A DNA stretch of 64,000 bases from Octopus sinensis (GCF_006345805.1 NC_043018.1:25110001-25174000), one strand, 5' to 3'. Shown: positions 13,654 to 26,843, numbered from the stretch's first letter. Numbers and translations are program-made. Notes: generated from the letters alone by a model not told the origin.

Positions 13654-13832
13654 TCTAACCTGCTCTGATCCAGGTCGTCTAACCCACCTTGATCCAGGCC
13701 ATATAATCTGCCCTGATCTAAGGTCATCTAACCTACTCTGATCCAGGTTGTCTAACCTACCCTGATCCAGGTCGTCTAACCTGCCCTGATCCAGGCCAAC
13801 AAACCCACCCTGATCCAGGCTGTCTAATCCAC
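13654..13832. repeat. 24-bp minisatellite, about 7.5 copies
   Basis: Unit TCTAACCTGCCCTGATCCAGGTCG, period 24 (13654, 13678...). Confidence 0.9.
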
Positions 13833-16108
13833 CATGTTCTAGGCATCTAGCCATCTGTCATTTAATTCTTACCAAGATCTACTTCACTCTATTCTAGTTG
13901 TTACCCCTTCATCTTCTAGACATAATCTAAACCTAACCTACCTTTGCTTCATTCACACCTTAGACTTTATTTACCCATGTTGCTCCTTGCAGTGACCGCA
14001 AACTAAGTGCCTCTGCAATTGTTCCAGCATTGACCTAATCCTTCTTGCTCCATCTGGACCCTACCCTACAATATACCCATCTAGAGCTGACCCATTTTGT
14101 TTCTAGACATAGTGTATCTCAGACTACAGTATCCAAAGTATTTCTTTGTTTTCAAGTCAGGGTATGAATTGAGGGCTGTTGGACTCAAGATTTCAGTTCT
14201 CAGATAGTGCATTGTACCTTTAAGCAAGACTCTTCATTTTTACATTGCTCCAGCTGAGTATGAGTACAGATTCCAGTAGCAACTGGGAGGGCTAACTCTT
14301 GTGATAGACTGGTATCCTGCTCAGGGGGTGAATCTCCCTCTACTTTCAGTCACTGAAACATTCCAAAAATTTGGATCAGCTCCAACTTCAAGAGCTCTTA
14401 AGCTCAAGGTAGACTGTATAATTTGAAGAGGATTTGGCTGCTATTTCTAATATTGCGAGCCATTGTGTAGAAAGAAATGTGCTTCTTCGTTAAGTAATTG
14501 GTTATAGAATCCGAAATTTGGTAGAAATGTTACTTTGTTTAAAACGAGAAGGAATGTGCTGCCGATGGAGATGTGTTGAGAAGATATTTATATTGGATAT
14601 ATCCTGTTACAAAAGTATATATAACAGGTGATGACCTCTCCATAGGTCATTGTCCTGGATAGTCTCACCTCATTACTACCACTAATGAGGGAACCTCTGT
14701 GTGGTAGCTTGCTTTGCTAGAAATGTAAACCAAATCTCCCTTGAGGCGTATCAGATGAGATGAGGCATACCACATGAGATATTGCTATTTCATGCAATAT
14801 TTACCAATACCTACATCTAAAGCAAATTTTTTTTTTAGAGGACCTTGAAATATTGTGGATCTCCACTTTACTATTTTGCAGTGTGGACCCCAAAAATCTG
14901 ATATGGGCTCTGGTTGAGAACCACTGGTTCACACAAACACACACACAGTCAGATTTTTATGCTTGACTTTGTAAAAACTGGAACACAACTTATGCACATG
15001 TCAGCAAAGTTTGAATATGAACAGAAAATATTTTCTTCCAAGATTTAACACTAAATTAGGGGTGCGTATTACAAGTGAATTCATCTTTAAGTGAATTTTG
15101 ATAGGAAGGGCAGCTTGTTCTAAAAAAAGCAAAGAAAATGCTAAATAAACATTACAGATGAGACATTATACCCATAGAGTTCACAGGGTATTTTTCTGTT
15201 GTTGTGTGCACCAAATGGCTTGGATCCAGGATTGCCATTTGCACTAAAATGCTGTAAGACCTAGCAAACCCATATTACCTATTTCTTTACTACCCACAAG
15301 GGGCTAAACACAGAGAAGACAAACAAGGACCGACAAATGGATTAAGTCAATTATATCGACCACAGTGCATAACTGGTACTTATTTAATCGACCCCGAAAG
15401 TATGAAAGGCAAAGTTGACCTCAGCAGAATTTGAACTCAGAACGTAGCGGTGGACGAAGTACCGCTAAGCATTTCGTCTGGTGTGCTATCGTTTCTGCCA
15501 GCTCGCCGCCTAATTACCCATATTATCATACCATCCCATATTACCATCATCATCATTGTTGTTTTTATGTCTGCTTTTTCATGCTAGCATGGGTTAGACA
15601 GGACTTTGATGTGGTGCTTTATGGCTGAATGCCCTTCCTGATGCCCACCTCCTTTTAATTGTCTTATATGATGTGTTGGGACATGGTTGAAAACCAGGGT
15701 ATGTGCACATCTTTACTTTTTGTCATTGGACTGCGGCCATGCTGGTGCCACTCAGTGAGATTGAACTTGAAACGTTGTCATTGCAAAGCGTAAGCTTCTT
15801 AACCACACAGCCATGTCAGTGGACAACAACAAAGACAGTGGGAAATGCAAATGACGTTAGACATTTCTACCCAGCATGCTAACAATTCTTTCAGTTCACT
15901 GCCTTGGCAATAATAATAATAATGTTTCTTTATTACCCTCAAGGGGACAAACAAGGACAGACAAACAAATTAAGTCGATTACCCCAGTGCGTAACTGGTA
16001 CTTATTTAATCGACCCTGAAAGGATGAAAGGCAAAGTCAACCTCCGCAGAATTTGAACTCAGAACGTAACGGCAGTCAAAATACCGCTAAGCATTTTGCC
16101 CGGCGTGC

Positions 16109-16140
<32 letters not shown>

Positions 16141-16676
16141 TTAATGGTGGTGGTGGAAAGGGAAAGAAAAGGGTTCTTTTTAAATGATTTCTCTTTGTTA
16201 TGGTAGTTTTTTTACAAGTTATGAAAATTGTCAATAAGCACTACACACATGCACACTCACACATGCACACTCATGCATGCACACACACACAAACACCGTT
16301 TTTCGACTGATACTTCATCTGTTTTTGTTGGCTTTTTTTTTGTAATGAATTGTTTTGATTTTTTTTTCTTTTTTCGAAATCGTATTTTTTGTACAGCTGC
16401 CTTTGTGTGTGTGTGACAGAAAGACAGAGAGAATTTGCAGAGCTATGTAACAGGCTTAACATATCTGACAAACTTATCTAAACAAATGGTACACACATAT
16501 ACCAGCTTAATACACGCATACTGATGCTAATTAACAAACACATACAGATGATTAACTCACACCCAATTAACACACAGACACACACACACACAACCAACAT
16601 TTAATCCCAGCAATTCCCTGTAACATTCTTTATTGGACTTAATTATTCTTGTCATCTGAACTTTTACGTAAGTATG

Positions 16677-16707
<31 letters not shown>

Positions 16708-16779
16708 ATCTTTTGTGTGTCCATGTCCTGAGGGGATGCATTCTATACACTCTTAACTCTGTGTGTGTGTATTGGTATA

Positions 16780-16827
16780 TGTATATATATATATATATGT
16801 GTGTAAGTATAGATATATGTGTGTGTG

Positions 16828-16869
<42 letters not shown>

Positions 16870-16953
16870 TATACATATATATATATATATCTCTCTTTCT
16901 CTCTCTCTCTCTATATATATATACATATCTATATACATATATATATACATATA

Positions 16954-17026
<73 letters not shown>

Positions 17027-17111
17027 ATATATATATATATATGTGTATATATATATATATCTCTCTTTCTCTCTCTCTATATATATATATATTATATATA
17101 TATATATTATA

Positions 17112-17146
<35 letters not shown>

Positions 17147-17280
17147 CTCTCTTTCTCTCTCTCTCTCTATATATATATACATATCTATATACATATATAT
17201 ATACATATATATATGTGTATATATATATATATATATATAATATATATATATATATTATATATATATATATATATATATGT
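16780..17280. repeat. Compound (TA)n/(CT)n microsatellite with higher-order duplication
   Basis: The block CTCTCTTTCTCTCTCTCT-(AT)n recurs at about 16891, 17061 and 17146, and ACATATCTATATACAT recurs with it at about 16923 and 17180. Similar long (TA)n tracts lie at about 7360-7465, 17490-17590, 33075-33500, 62540-62845 and 63300-63650. Confidence 0.95.
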
Positions 17281-17363
17281 AGGTCCCGGGTTGATTCGGG
17301 GTTAACCACAGTAAATAAGGTACTCAATACATAGCAGAGTAAAATTAATTTATTATATAGAAG

Positions 17364-17416
17364 GAGCTTCTACAGGACTAGAACTGTTTCATTCAAGAGA
17401 AATCATCAGGAAGCTC
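17364..17416 (-). ncRNA. Type I hammerhead ribozyme, intact core (mirror copy)
   Basis: Reverse complement of the 17418-17470 motif with a fully Watson-Crick 7-bp stem I (GAGCTTC/GAAGCTC). Core CTGATGA is the reverse complement of 17403-17409. Confidence 0.85.
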
Positions 17417-17417
17417 A

Positions 17418-17470
17418 GGGCTTCCTGATGATTTCTCTTGAATGAAACAGTTCTAGTCCTGTAGAAGCTC
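17418..17470 (+). ncRNA. Type I hammerhead ribozyme, intact core
   Basis: Stem I GGGCTTC(17418-24)/GAAGCTC(17464-70); core CTGATGA (17425-31); stem II T-TTC-tctt-GAA-T; GAA (17444-46); stem III ACAG/CTGT; GTA triplet with predicted cleavage after 17463. Confidence 0.85.
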
Positions 17471-17491
17471 CTTCTATATAATAAATTAATA

Positions 17492-17581
<90 letters not shown>

Positions 17582-18389
17582 TATATATGTAAGTATAGAT
17601 ATATGTGTGTGTATAGATATAGATATATATGTGTGTGTGTATGTATATATATATAGTAATCCCTTGTTGTATCGTGGTTCACCTATTGCAATTTATTATT
17701 TAAGCTTACACCGATTCCTCCATGGTGTTGTTTTGCATTTATAATAAAATAAATATATACAAATTATAAAAATAATGATAAAAAAATACACAGTGCCCTT
17801 TCTACTTCGGCGGATTTTCACCTATCGCAGGGGGTTTTGGAACGTAACACCTGCGATAGTCAAGGGGTTACTGTATACATTATGTGTGTGTGTGTGTATT
17901 TATATGTGTGTGTGTGTATGTGTATATATATATATGTGTGTGTACATATATATATGTATATATATGTATATATATATATGTATGTATATATATATATATA
18001 TGTATATATATATGTGTGTGTGTGTAAGTGTATGTATGTGATTGTGTATCTATGATGTAAGTCTATGTATGCGTATATACATAACTTATGTATTTAAAAG
18101 TCTTATAAATTCTCTATATGTGTGTTTTCATTAATAAATGTCTGCTTGCATATGCTTCTGTGAAGTGTGTGTGTTTGTGTGTGTGTTGTTCTTTATCCCC
18201 AGGTAAGACCTGATAAAGTAGGCAGACATATCAGATGTGTACCATCCCAGCTGTGACAATCCCATTTTTTTCCTTCAAGTAATAGCCTACATTGTCCCAT
18301 ATGGTATGATTTGAGTGAGGTTTGACTGTTATATCAAGCAATTAAGCAACCACATAGTGGTGCCCTCATTAACCCATGTATGCATATAC

Positions 18390-18421
<32 letters not shown>

Positions 18422-18425
<4 letters not shown>

Positions 18426-18612
18426 TCATCATCATCATACTTTAACATCTGTTTTCCATGTTGGTATGGGTTGGACAGTTTGACAGGAGCTGACCAGCTG
18501 AAGGGCTGCCCAGACTCCCTGTCTGTTCTGGCATGGTTTCTATGGCTGGATGCCCCTCCTAACGCCAACCATTTTACAAGGAGTACTGGGTGCTTGTACA
18601 CAGCACCAGCAT
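18422..18612 (-). mobile_element. RTE-like LINE 3' tail (or RTE-tailed SINE) ending in (GAT)n
   Basis: Minus strand carries GGTTGGCGTTAGGAGGGGCATCCAGCC..CCAACCCATACCAACATGGAAAACAGATGTTAAA..(GAT)n. Copies lie at about 3340-3460, 3555-3730, 15545-15650, 32535-32690, 35270-35460, 56465-56570 and 61725-61812. RTE assignment is from motif recall. Confidence 0.65.
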
Positions 18613-20285
18613 GAGCACTTTTCATTTGTAACCCTAACCCTACAAGCCCATAAGATTAGGAATGCTCAACTGGAGGGATTTGCAAAGGATGAGCCTGTAT
18701 GCAAGGACAGCCATGCTTTTACTTAGCTTGACCTCAAATGAAACACAGAAATGTTTGGAATGAAATATAACTATCTTCATCTTTATATCAAGTGCCTATA
18801 TATGCATAGGTGCAGATGTGGATCTGTGGTAAAAAGCTTGCTACCCAACCACATGGTTCAGGGTTCAGTTCCACTGCGTGACACCTTGGGCGAGTGTTTT
18901 TTTTTACTATAGCCTTGGGCTGACCAAAGCCTTGTGAGTGTATTTGGTAGATGGAAACTGAAAAAGTCCATTGCATATTTTCTTATTCTTTTACTTATTT
19001 CAGTCATTTGACTGTGGCCATGCTGGATCACTGCCTTTAGTCGAATAAATCGAACCCAGGGCTTATTCTTTGTAAGCCTAGTACTTATTCTTTCAGGATA
19101 TATTGCCAAACTGCTAAGTTACGGGAACTTTGATCAGCCCGAGGCTATAGCAGAAGACACTTGCCCAAGGTGCAATGCAGTGGGACTGAACCTAGAACCA
19201 TGTAGTTGGTAAGCAAGCTACTTACTACACAGCCACTCCTGCGCATACATATATATATGTTCTCTCATAGCCTCAAGATTTCAACGATGTGATGGCTTAT
19301 TTTTAGAATGAGATCATAGGGTAGTTGTGAGAGGCTAGATCTGACTGGTTAGAATATAGATTATGTAGAATATTGTGGTTGGATGTGGCCAGATTTAAAT
19401 GCTAAAAGGTTGAAATTCCATGCTAATTTTATGTTCCAAACATTACTTTAATAATTCACTGCAAAGTTATTAAATTGAATTCTTCGTTATTTTCATAATT
19501 AATTTAACGAAAGGCAATGTATTTCAACAGAAATATAGGAACAAAAAGAGTTAATAAAGAAATCTAGGACACATTAGATACTGTAGTATCTTAGATATGC
19601 ATACACACTCACAGTTTGAATTAAAGGTTGGACATCCATGGTTGGATGTCTTTGATCATTGGGCGAAAAAATCATTGGTGACTCGGGGCTAAACAACAAC
19701 CCTTTCCTCAGCTCATACATAGACTAAACTTCTTTTTAGATCTCCTCACCACTACCAATCACTACCGTGCTGCTGCCACTGAGGGCAAAGACACTATATT
19801 CCACTTGCCTAAACCTCTTCATGCCTAATTAACAAGTTATTAGTCCTTATCTACTCTGTTTTTCTTTTTTTTTTGTCTTTTGTGTGAGTGGTGGGGGTGG
19901 GGGTGATGGTGATAGCGGCAATGGTATTCTTACCATCTTAAGATATAAAAGTAAGACAAGTGGAATAAGACATTGAGCTACTACTACCACTACTACTACT
20001 ACTACTACTACACATTAAAACTGAAAATTATTGAACAAATTTACTTTATTGAGCAATCAGGAGTGGTGATGGTGGAGTTGGTGATTTGGTGAAGAAACAA
20101 GAACCTCCACATCCCACCACCTCCCACCCCGAAGTAATGGTGGAAGGCAAGGAGGGGCTTTGCAGTAAGGATGTTATCTTGTTATACAAGAGATGGTGAT
20201 GGTTTAGTTAGAGCCCAGAGAATGGAAGTGGGGAGGGGGGGATAAAGATAGAGAGATAAGGAGGGGAGGTAATCTCCTAATTAAT

Positions 20286-20788
20286 TCAGTCCACAATATT
20301 GGGGCGATGGTGGTGGTGGTGGTGTTGGGTGAGGGGACTGTACCCTTCCGGCTTCTCCCCTCCTCTCCTTGCCTCTCTTTTTAGTCTTATTTTCTCCAAG
20401 ACTCCAGACTGTCTGATAGTTTCCAGATTTTTCTTGTGTTCCTGCTGCTGTTGTTGTTGTTAGAAAAGGTTTGCTTTTCTTTTTTTTTTCTGCTTATCTT
20501 TTCTCTCAAACAATTCCAGTTCCTTCCACCCACCCCCCTTTTTTTTTTCTCCTCCCTCTGTTACTATCACCAACACCATCACTGCAAGAAATGGGGGTGG
20601 AAGAGATAGAAGCTGCCGGTATTGGTGAAGGAGTCTTACAAGGACTTGTATTAAGGGCTTTGCTTTTTAATATCTTCAAGTGTCTAATCTTTGTCTTGTA
20701 TCTGTCTTGGGGTTTCTTTACTCTTCATCATTGTTTTGTTGGTGAAGAATTTATTTTACTTTTCCCATCAGGATATTTCTCCTTTGTT
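20286..20788 (-). pseudogene. Possible decayed ORF of unknown identity
   Basis: A protein-like read-through of about 165 codons interrupted only by TGA TGA (20725-30), TAA (20460-62) and a one-base shift in a 10-A run. Confidence 0.25.
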
Positions 20789-21487
20789 TTAACCCTTTAG
20801 CATTCAGATTACCCTGTCATATATAAATGCTTGTTTATTCAATGCTCTGAAATTAATCACAGATTATCCTGTAGCTTTGAGATAAGATTTCGGTGCAGGC
20901 ATGGCTGTGTGGCAAGAACTTCACTTCCGAATCACATGGGTTCTGGATTCGGTCTGTTACCCACACATTAATTGCAAATGTTTTTGTGAGTCAATGAAAG
21001 AGCTTATGTGTGATTGCTCTGCTGGAAAGAGCAGTCTAATCTTCTTCATTACATCTCACTGTTTGAGAAAAAGATATACCAAATACTGTGGTCTTGGGTT
21101 TCTTGCATATAAGAGAAAGATAGGATGGTATAACCAGAATGTCTTTGGTCCAAGGACTGCTAGATTCTAATCTTGCTGCAAAATAAACAACACTATATAT
21201 ATAGGTATGTACGCGTATGTATGTATATATGTATCTATATATTATTTATGCTATTATATATTCTTTTACTTGATTTAGTCATTTGACTATGGCCATGCTG
21301 GAGCACCGTCTTAAAGGGTTTTAGTCAAAGAAATCAACCCAAGACTTATTCTTTTGTAAGCCTGGTACTTATTCTATCGGTCTCTTTTGCCGAACCGCCA
21401 AGTTAGAGACATAAACATACCAACATCAGTTGTCAAGTGATGATGGGGGACAAACACACACACACACATACAGAAATATATATATAT

Positions 21488-21739
21488 AAGAATGTCAAAG
21501 CTACAGAGAGAGATCACCACATCCGGCTCAGATATTCTGTTTTATGCTCAAACCAACCAGATTTGGCCTTTCACACCTACCCTACAATGTCATTTTAAGA
21601 GTAAACCGCGATCACATTCACAAGAATGTCAAAGCTACAGAGAGAGATCACCACATCCGGCTCCGTTATTCTGTTTTATGCTCAAACCAACCAGATATGG
21701 CCTTTCACACCTACCCTACAATGTCATTTTAAAAGTAAA
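21488..21739. repeat. 134-bp tandem duplication of MITE-internal sequence
   Basis: AAGAATGTCAAAGCTACAGAGAGAGATCACC.. starts at 21488 and 21622. Confidence 0.92.
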
Positions 21740-23024
21740 TGGGGGTGGGGGAAATCACATCCGTAAAAAAAATGAAGCTATGAGATCACAGATCACACAA
21801 GAGTAATTCTGAATGCTAATGGCGGGGGGGGGGGGGGGGGGTTAAAGTGCTTCAGCACTTGAAAACAAGCTTTATGGTGCCCAATGAGTATTTCTTCATG
21901 AGGACATTCATCACCATTGTCATCACCACAAACCACCACCACCACCACCATCATCATCATACAGATATTCAGAATGTATATGTTGTGATGATGATGATGA
22001 TGATGATGATGATGACAGTGTCTTGTAGTAGTCCTGATAGAAGAAAGTTAAGACTGCAGAGATGGGTTTTCTCTTAATGAAATGAAAACCAGATTTTCAA
22101 CTGGATTGGAACTGTCAGCACTGTTATTAATCATTGGGGCTGAAGGAATTGTTCTGTGAGAAAGCAAAAACCTCTGCTGGCCTGAAGCTAAAGAAATGTT
22201 CTGCCCAACCATTCAATCATCCATGTTCCTCCTCCTCTCTCTTCTCTCTCTCTCTCTTTTTCTCTCTCCCCCTCTCTCTCTTTCTCTCTCCCTCTCCCTT
22301 CCTATTAGCACCAACTTGGTTGGCACATCATCATTATCATCACCATCATCACCTCCAACACCACTATCATCGCCACCATCATCATGGTCATTATAATCAG
22401 CATCCTCACCACCACCATCTCTACAAGCCATACCATGATAATCATCATCAGTTATACATAAGCAAAGGGTGGAAAAAATTGGTATTATTTATGATATATT
22501 CCAAAACAGTTCCTTTGCCTCCACCTCCACCCTCCCCACACATTTTCATAAATTAGCCCCTCAAGGCTTAAAAAGGGTGTGGACATGTCTCCCTCTTCTC
22601 TCTCTTTCTTTTTTTGTGGATTTTCCTTCATCTTCCTTTCTTTTTCTTATATCAAATTTATATTTCCACTTTCTGACATCTCTGCCCATCCCTTCACCAT
22701 CATCCCTTTTGTCACTTTCTGGTTTCACTTCCTCCTCATCTTCTCTTCTTCTCTCTCTGATCCCTTATCCTTCACTATTTGACACTTTCCATCAGTCCTT
22801 GATCCCTTTTCAGTCAGTAACTCTATGGTCCTTTTTCTCTTTACGCTTTGTCTCCCCCTCCAATTTTTTTCACTTTGACCCCTTTTCTCTTCGTTCTTTG
22901 ACCCTTTTCCCCCTTCACTCCTTGGCCCTTTTTCCTTTTACTCTTTCGTTCTTGTTTGATTTTTCTTCAATTCTTACCCGCCTTTTCTTATTCATTTTCA
23001 AACATGTACTCCATGTCAATCTCT

Positions 23025-23207
23025 CACCCTCTATCTATCTATCTGTCTATAACTCTATCTGTCTATATCTATCTATCTATATGTCCGGCCGGCCATCTTC
23101 TGTCTGTCTGTCTGTCCGTCCGTCCGTCCGCGTCCGTCCGTCCGTCCGTCCGTCCGTCTGTCTGTCTGTCTATCTATCTATTTCTCTATCTATCCATCCA
23201 TCCATCC

Positions 23208-23239
<32 letters not shown>

Positions 23240-23315
23240 GTCTGTTTATCTATCTGTCTGTCTGTCTATCTATCTGTCTGTCTGTCTGTCTACCTATCCA
23301 TCTATCTATCTAACT
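23025..23315. repeat. Tetranucleotide microsatellite mosaic (CTAT/CTGT/CCGT/CCAT)
   Basis: Successive runs whose units differ by single substitutions. Confidence 0.95.
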
Positions 23316-23848
23316 ATCTTAGCACAAATGAGGGAGAGACTTTAATCACAGTACAGACAGAAACTGCAGATTTCCCATTCAGAGTGCCAAACCATTGGTG
23401 AATGAGACTTCAATCATTATGCACAGATCTAACTGCTGTTTCTACCTTCAATAACCCCCCACCTTCTCCTTTTCACTATCAACTTTGTACTCTCGCTCCC
23501 CCCCTCTCTCTCTCTTTACAAGCATATCCCCCATCTTTCTCATAACTATGGTTATTGGCAGTTGCAGTAGTGGTCATCATTGTATTGGTGGTAGTGGTGG
23601 TGGTGCAGATAGTTCTTGGTTGCACATCAAGAAGGACTTCAGTCCTCTCACTCCCTCAGGTTTTGTCTGTTCAATCATCAATCAATCCAAGTGGTAAAAC
23701 AAGCCCTATAATTTTTTTTACAAGCTTAGGAAAGCTGTGGCAATTGTCCTCCTCCCCTTAGGGTATTAACAATAAGGGGAGAATGTGCTTAGGTCGGCAA
23801 ACAGGTGGGTGGGCAGGTGGATGATTATAAAAACTCATCAGTTTAACC

Positions 23849-23975
23849 CAGTGTTTCTTAACTGGGTTCCATATGGCCCTTCGGGGATCCTTATAAGATT
23901 TTGTTTTTAAAAATTTATGTGCAATAAACTGGGTATACTTCTATGATACATAGAATATTTTAACAATTTTAAGGG
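23849..23975 (+). mobile_element. hAT-like MITE 5' fragment
   Basis: Starts CAGTGTTTCTTAACTGGGTTCC. A comparable 3' end (GGTTGAGAACCACTG) lies at about 14880-14925. Confidence 0.5.
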
Positions 23976-24986
23976 GTCTGATCTGGCTGGTTGTTAACAT
24001 AAAGTAGCGGAAAGAAAATTTGGGTCAGATATGGCCAGATTACCTTACCAAATATAATGCTCATTTATTCAGCTTCTTTAAAGTTAATCCTGTATTATCT
24101 TGTAGCTTTGAGACTTTTGAAGTTATTCTTTTACTTGTTTCAGTCATTTGAATGTGGTCATGCTGGAGCACTGCCTTTAGTCGAACAAATCAACACTAGC
24201 ACTTATTCTTTGTAAGCCTAGTACTTATTCTATTGGTCTCTATTTTCAAACAGCTAATTTACAGGGACATAAGCCAACATTGGTTGTCAAGCGATGATGG
24301 AGGGACAAACAGACACACAAATACATATGTACACACATTTTATATGTATATATATTTGGCGGGCTTCTTACAGTTTCCGTCTACCAAATCCACCCACAAG
24401 GCTTTGGTCGGCCCGAGGCTATAGAAGACACTTGCCCAAGATGTCATGCAGTGGGACTGAACCTGGAACCATGTGGTTAGGAAGCAAGCTTCTTACCACA
24501 CAGTCATGCCTGTACCTGTAAAATGCTGTACCCCAGGTGCTTATTTTTAGAAGGATATTGTAGGATGGGTGCAAGAGGCCAGATCTGGTTGGATTGGGCA
24601 TGAAACAGGTAGAAAATTTAGGCCAGATACGACCTGTTTAAATTCAGAAGCGTTAAGTACATTTTATCAAGATTTTTTTTTCATGGAGGGAGTTGCTTTG
24701 AATATTGGCTTTCAGGATGTTTAATTGCAGGGCAGTGGGGGGTGAGCGGAGCCCATTTTGTATTGATACAATCAGCTAAAAGAATTTCTAACGAAATAGA
24801 CTTGGTATGTCAAAAGAGTTATTTGTATCTGTAGACTCCATCTTGGTTGCTGTCACCCCTCTGTGTGTGCCTGGGTGTGTTGTGTGTGTCTCTTTGCCTT
24901 CATTTGCTTGTCTCTCAAGTGTGTAAAATATCCAGCTAGGTTATTAGTTGTGTGTGTGTTTTCCTGGTTGTTATTCCTTTGCATGC

Positions 24987-25018
<32 letters not shown>

Positions 25019-26413
25019 AGGTTTGTGTATGTATGTATTATTCACATAAGCATATGTGCCTTCATACTCTCCGCTGTTATTTACCTGTATGTATGTGTGT
25101 GTGCATGCTTCCGTGCACGCATATGTGTGTTTGTGAGAATGTTTTTTATATATATATTTTGCTAGTCCAATGTTGTGTTCTACCCAGGGTGGAAAGTAGG
25201 GGAATGTCACATGAAAGAAGGGAGAGAGAACTAATCCCACCCCCCATTCCACCACCATTGGGCAGGCGTGGGGGTGAAATAGCAGAGGCAAAGCAAAGTG
25301 GTTGGCTTATAGCTGAAGCAGCAGATGTTTATTTTGAGGGCAAGGGTTGATGCCAGTGTATATAACATAGTTATTTATTTACCCTACTCTCACAACATGG
25401 GTTATTGTTAGGGGTTTGTGTTCCTTGCCATTTAAACTGTTGACTGTTGGTGGTGGTGGTGGTGGGACAGTTAACAGTGGTATGGTGTGGTGCCGGTGGT
25501 GGCAGTGCAATAGTGGAAGTACAGGGTGAATGGAAGTGGGGGAGGTCGATGGTATAATGGGGCTGTGGGATGGGAAGGTGATGTAGTTGGTGGTGATGGT
25601 GCAGCAGCAGCAGTAATAGAGGTGCATACAGTGGGTGGACGGTTGGCTGGTAGTTGGTGGAATAGTGGTTGTGGGGCAGGGGGTAGAGTTGCTGGTTGTA
25701 TGATGGTGGAGGTAGTGTAGTTGACAGTGGTATGATGGGAGTGCAGGGTGGGGGGGCAGTAGTAGTTGTCAGTGGTATAATGGTGATATGCAGGGTATAG
25801 TTGTAATGGTGGTGTGGTGGTATGATGTTCAAACATGATGATATTGTGTGTGTGTATATATATATGTGTATGTGTGTTAGTCTTTGTGTCTGTGTTTCTT
25901 CACCACCACTGCATGACATACCAGTGATGGTGTGTTTATGTCCTTGTAACTTAGAGGTTTGGCAAAAGAGTCTAATAGATAAGTTCCAAGCTTTTTTTTT
26001 TTTTTTTTTTTTTTAAGGTGTATATTCTGTTACTTGTTTCAGTCATATTTCAGACTATGGTCATACTGGAGCACCACCTTGAATTTTTAGTCGAATGAAT
26101 CAACCCCTGTACTTTATTACTTTTTTTTTTGTTAAGCCTGGCACTTATTCTATCGATCTGTTGCCGAGCCGCTAAGTTACAGGGATGTAAACACGCCGAC
26201 ACCAGTTGTCAAGTGGTGGTGGGGAGAACAAATGCCGATACAGACACACACACACACACATATATATATGATGGGCTTCATTCAGTTTCCATCTACCAAA
26301 CCCACTCACAAGACATTTGCCCAAGGTGTCACGCAGTGGGACTGAATCTGGAAAAATGTGGCTGGGAAACAAGCTTCTTACCACTATGTGTGTATGTATG
26401 TATATATATATAC

Positions 26414-26451
<38 letters not shown>

Positions 26452-26456
26452 ATGTA

Positions 26457-26487
<31 letters not shown>

Positions 26488-26490
26488 TTT

Positions 26491-26843
26491 TTACTTGTTT
26501 CAGTCATTTGACTGCGGCCATGCTGGAGCACCACCTTTTAGTACTTATTCTATCGGTCTCTTTTTGCCGAACCGCTAAGTGACGGGGACCTAAACACAGC
26601 AGCATCGGTTGTCAAGCAATGCTAGGGGGACAACACAGACACACAACACACACACACACATATATATATATACATATATACGACAGGCTTCTTTCAGTTT
26701 CCGTCTACCAAATCCACTCACAAGCATTGGTCGGCCCGGGGCTATAGCAGAAGACACTTGCCCAAGATGCCACGCAGTGGGACTGAACCCGCAACCGTGT
26801 GGTTGGTTAGCAAGCTACTTACCACACAGCCACTCCTGCGCCT
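26491..26843 (-). mobile_element. tRNA-derived SINE family A, young near full-length copy
   Basis: Pol III head (GGCTGTGTGGTAAG; box B GGTTCAGTCCC = rc 26779-89), central domain, internal (TA/CA)n linker and 3' half ending GACTGAAACAAGTAA. Many dispersed copies occur in the window. Confidence 0.85.

Larger units (their letters stand above)
17283..17490. mobile_element. Penelope-like pseudo-LTR remnant with a 73-bp-arm palindrome
   Basis: Arms 17344-17416 and 17418-17490 with a 1-nt spacer and one G.T mismatch. Flanked by long (TA)n on both sides. AATAAA and a TTACTCT..GTATTGAGTAC motif lie downstream of the ribozyme. Penelope assignment is inferred from the hammerhead plus inverted architecture. 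Confidence 0.65.

Noticed and set aside
16664-17334. Long ORFs such as 16674..17240 (188 aa) and the many YI/CV/HT-rich ORFs across the window
   Set aside because: These are translations of (TA)n, (TG)n and (CA)n microsatellites, which lack stop codons in some frames.
22469-23401. 310-aa ORF
   Set aside because: It runs through pyrimidine-rich and tetranucleotide repeats, with no domain signature.
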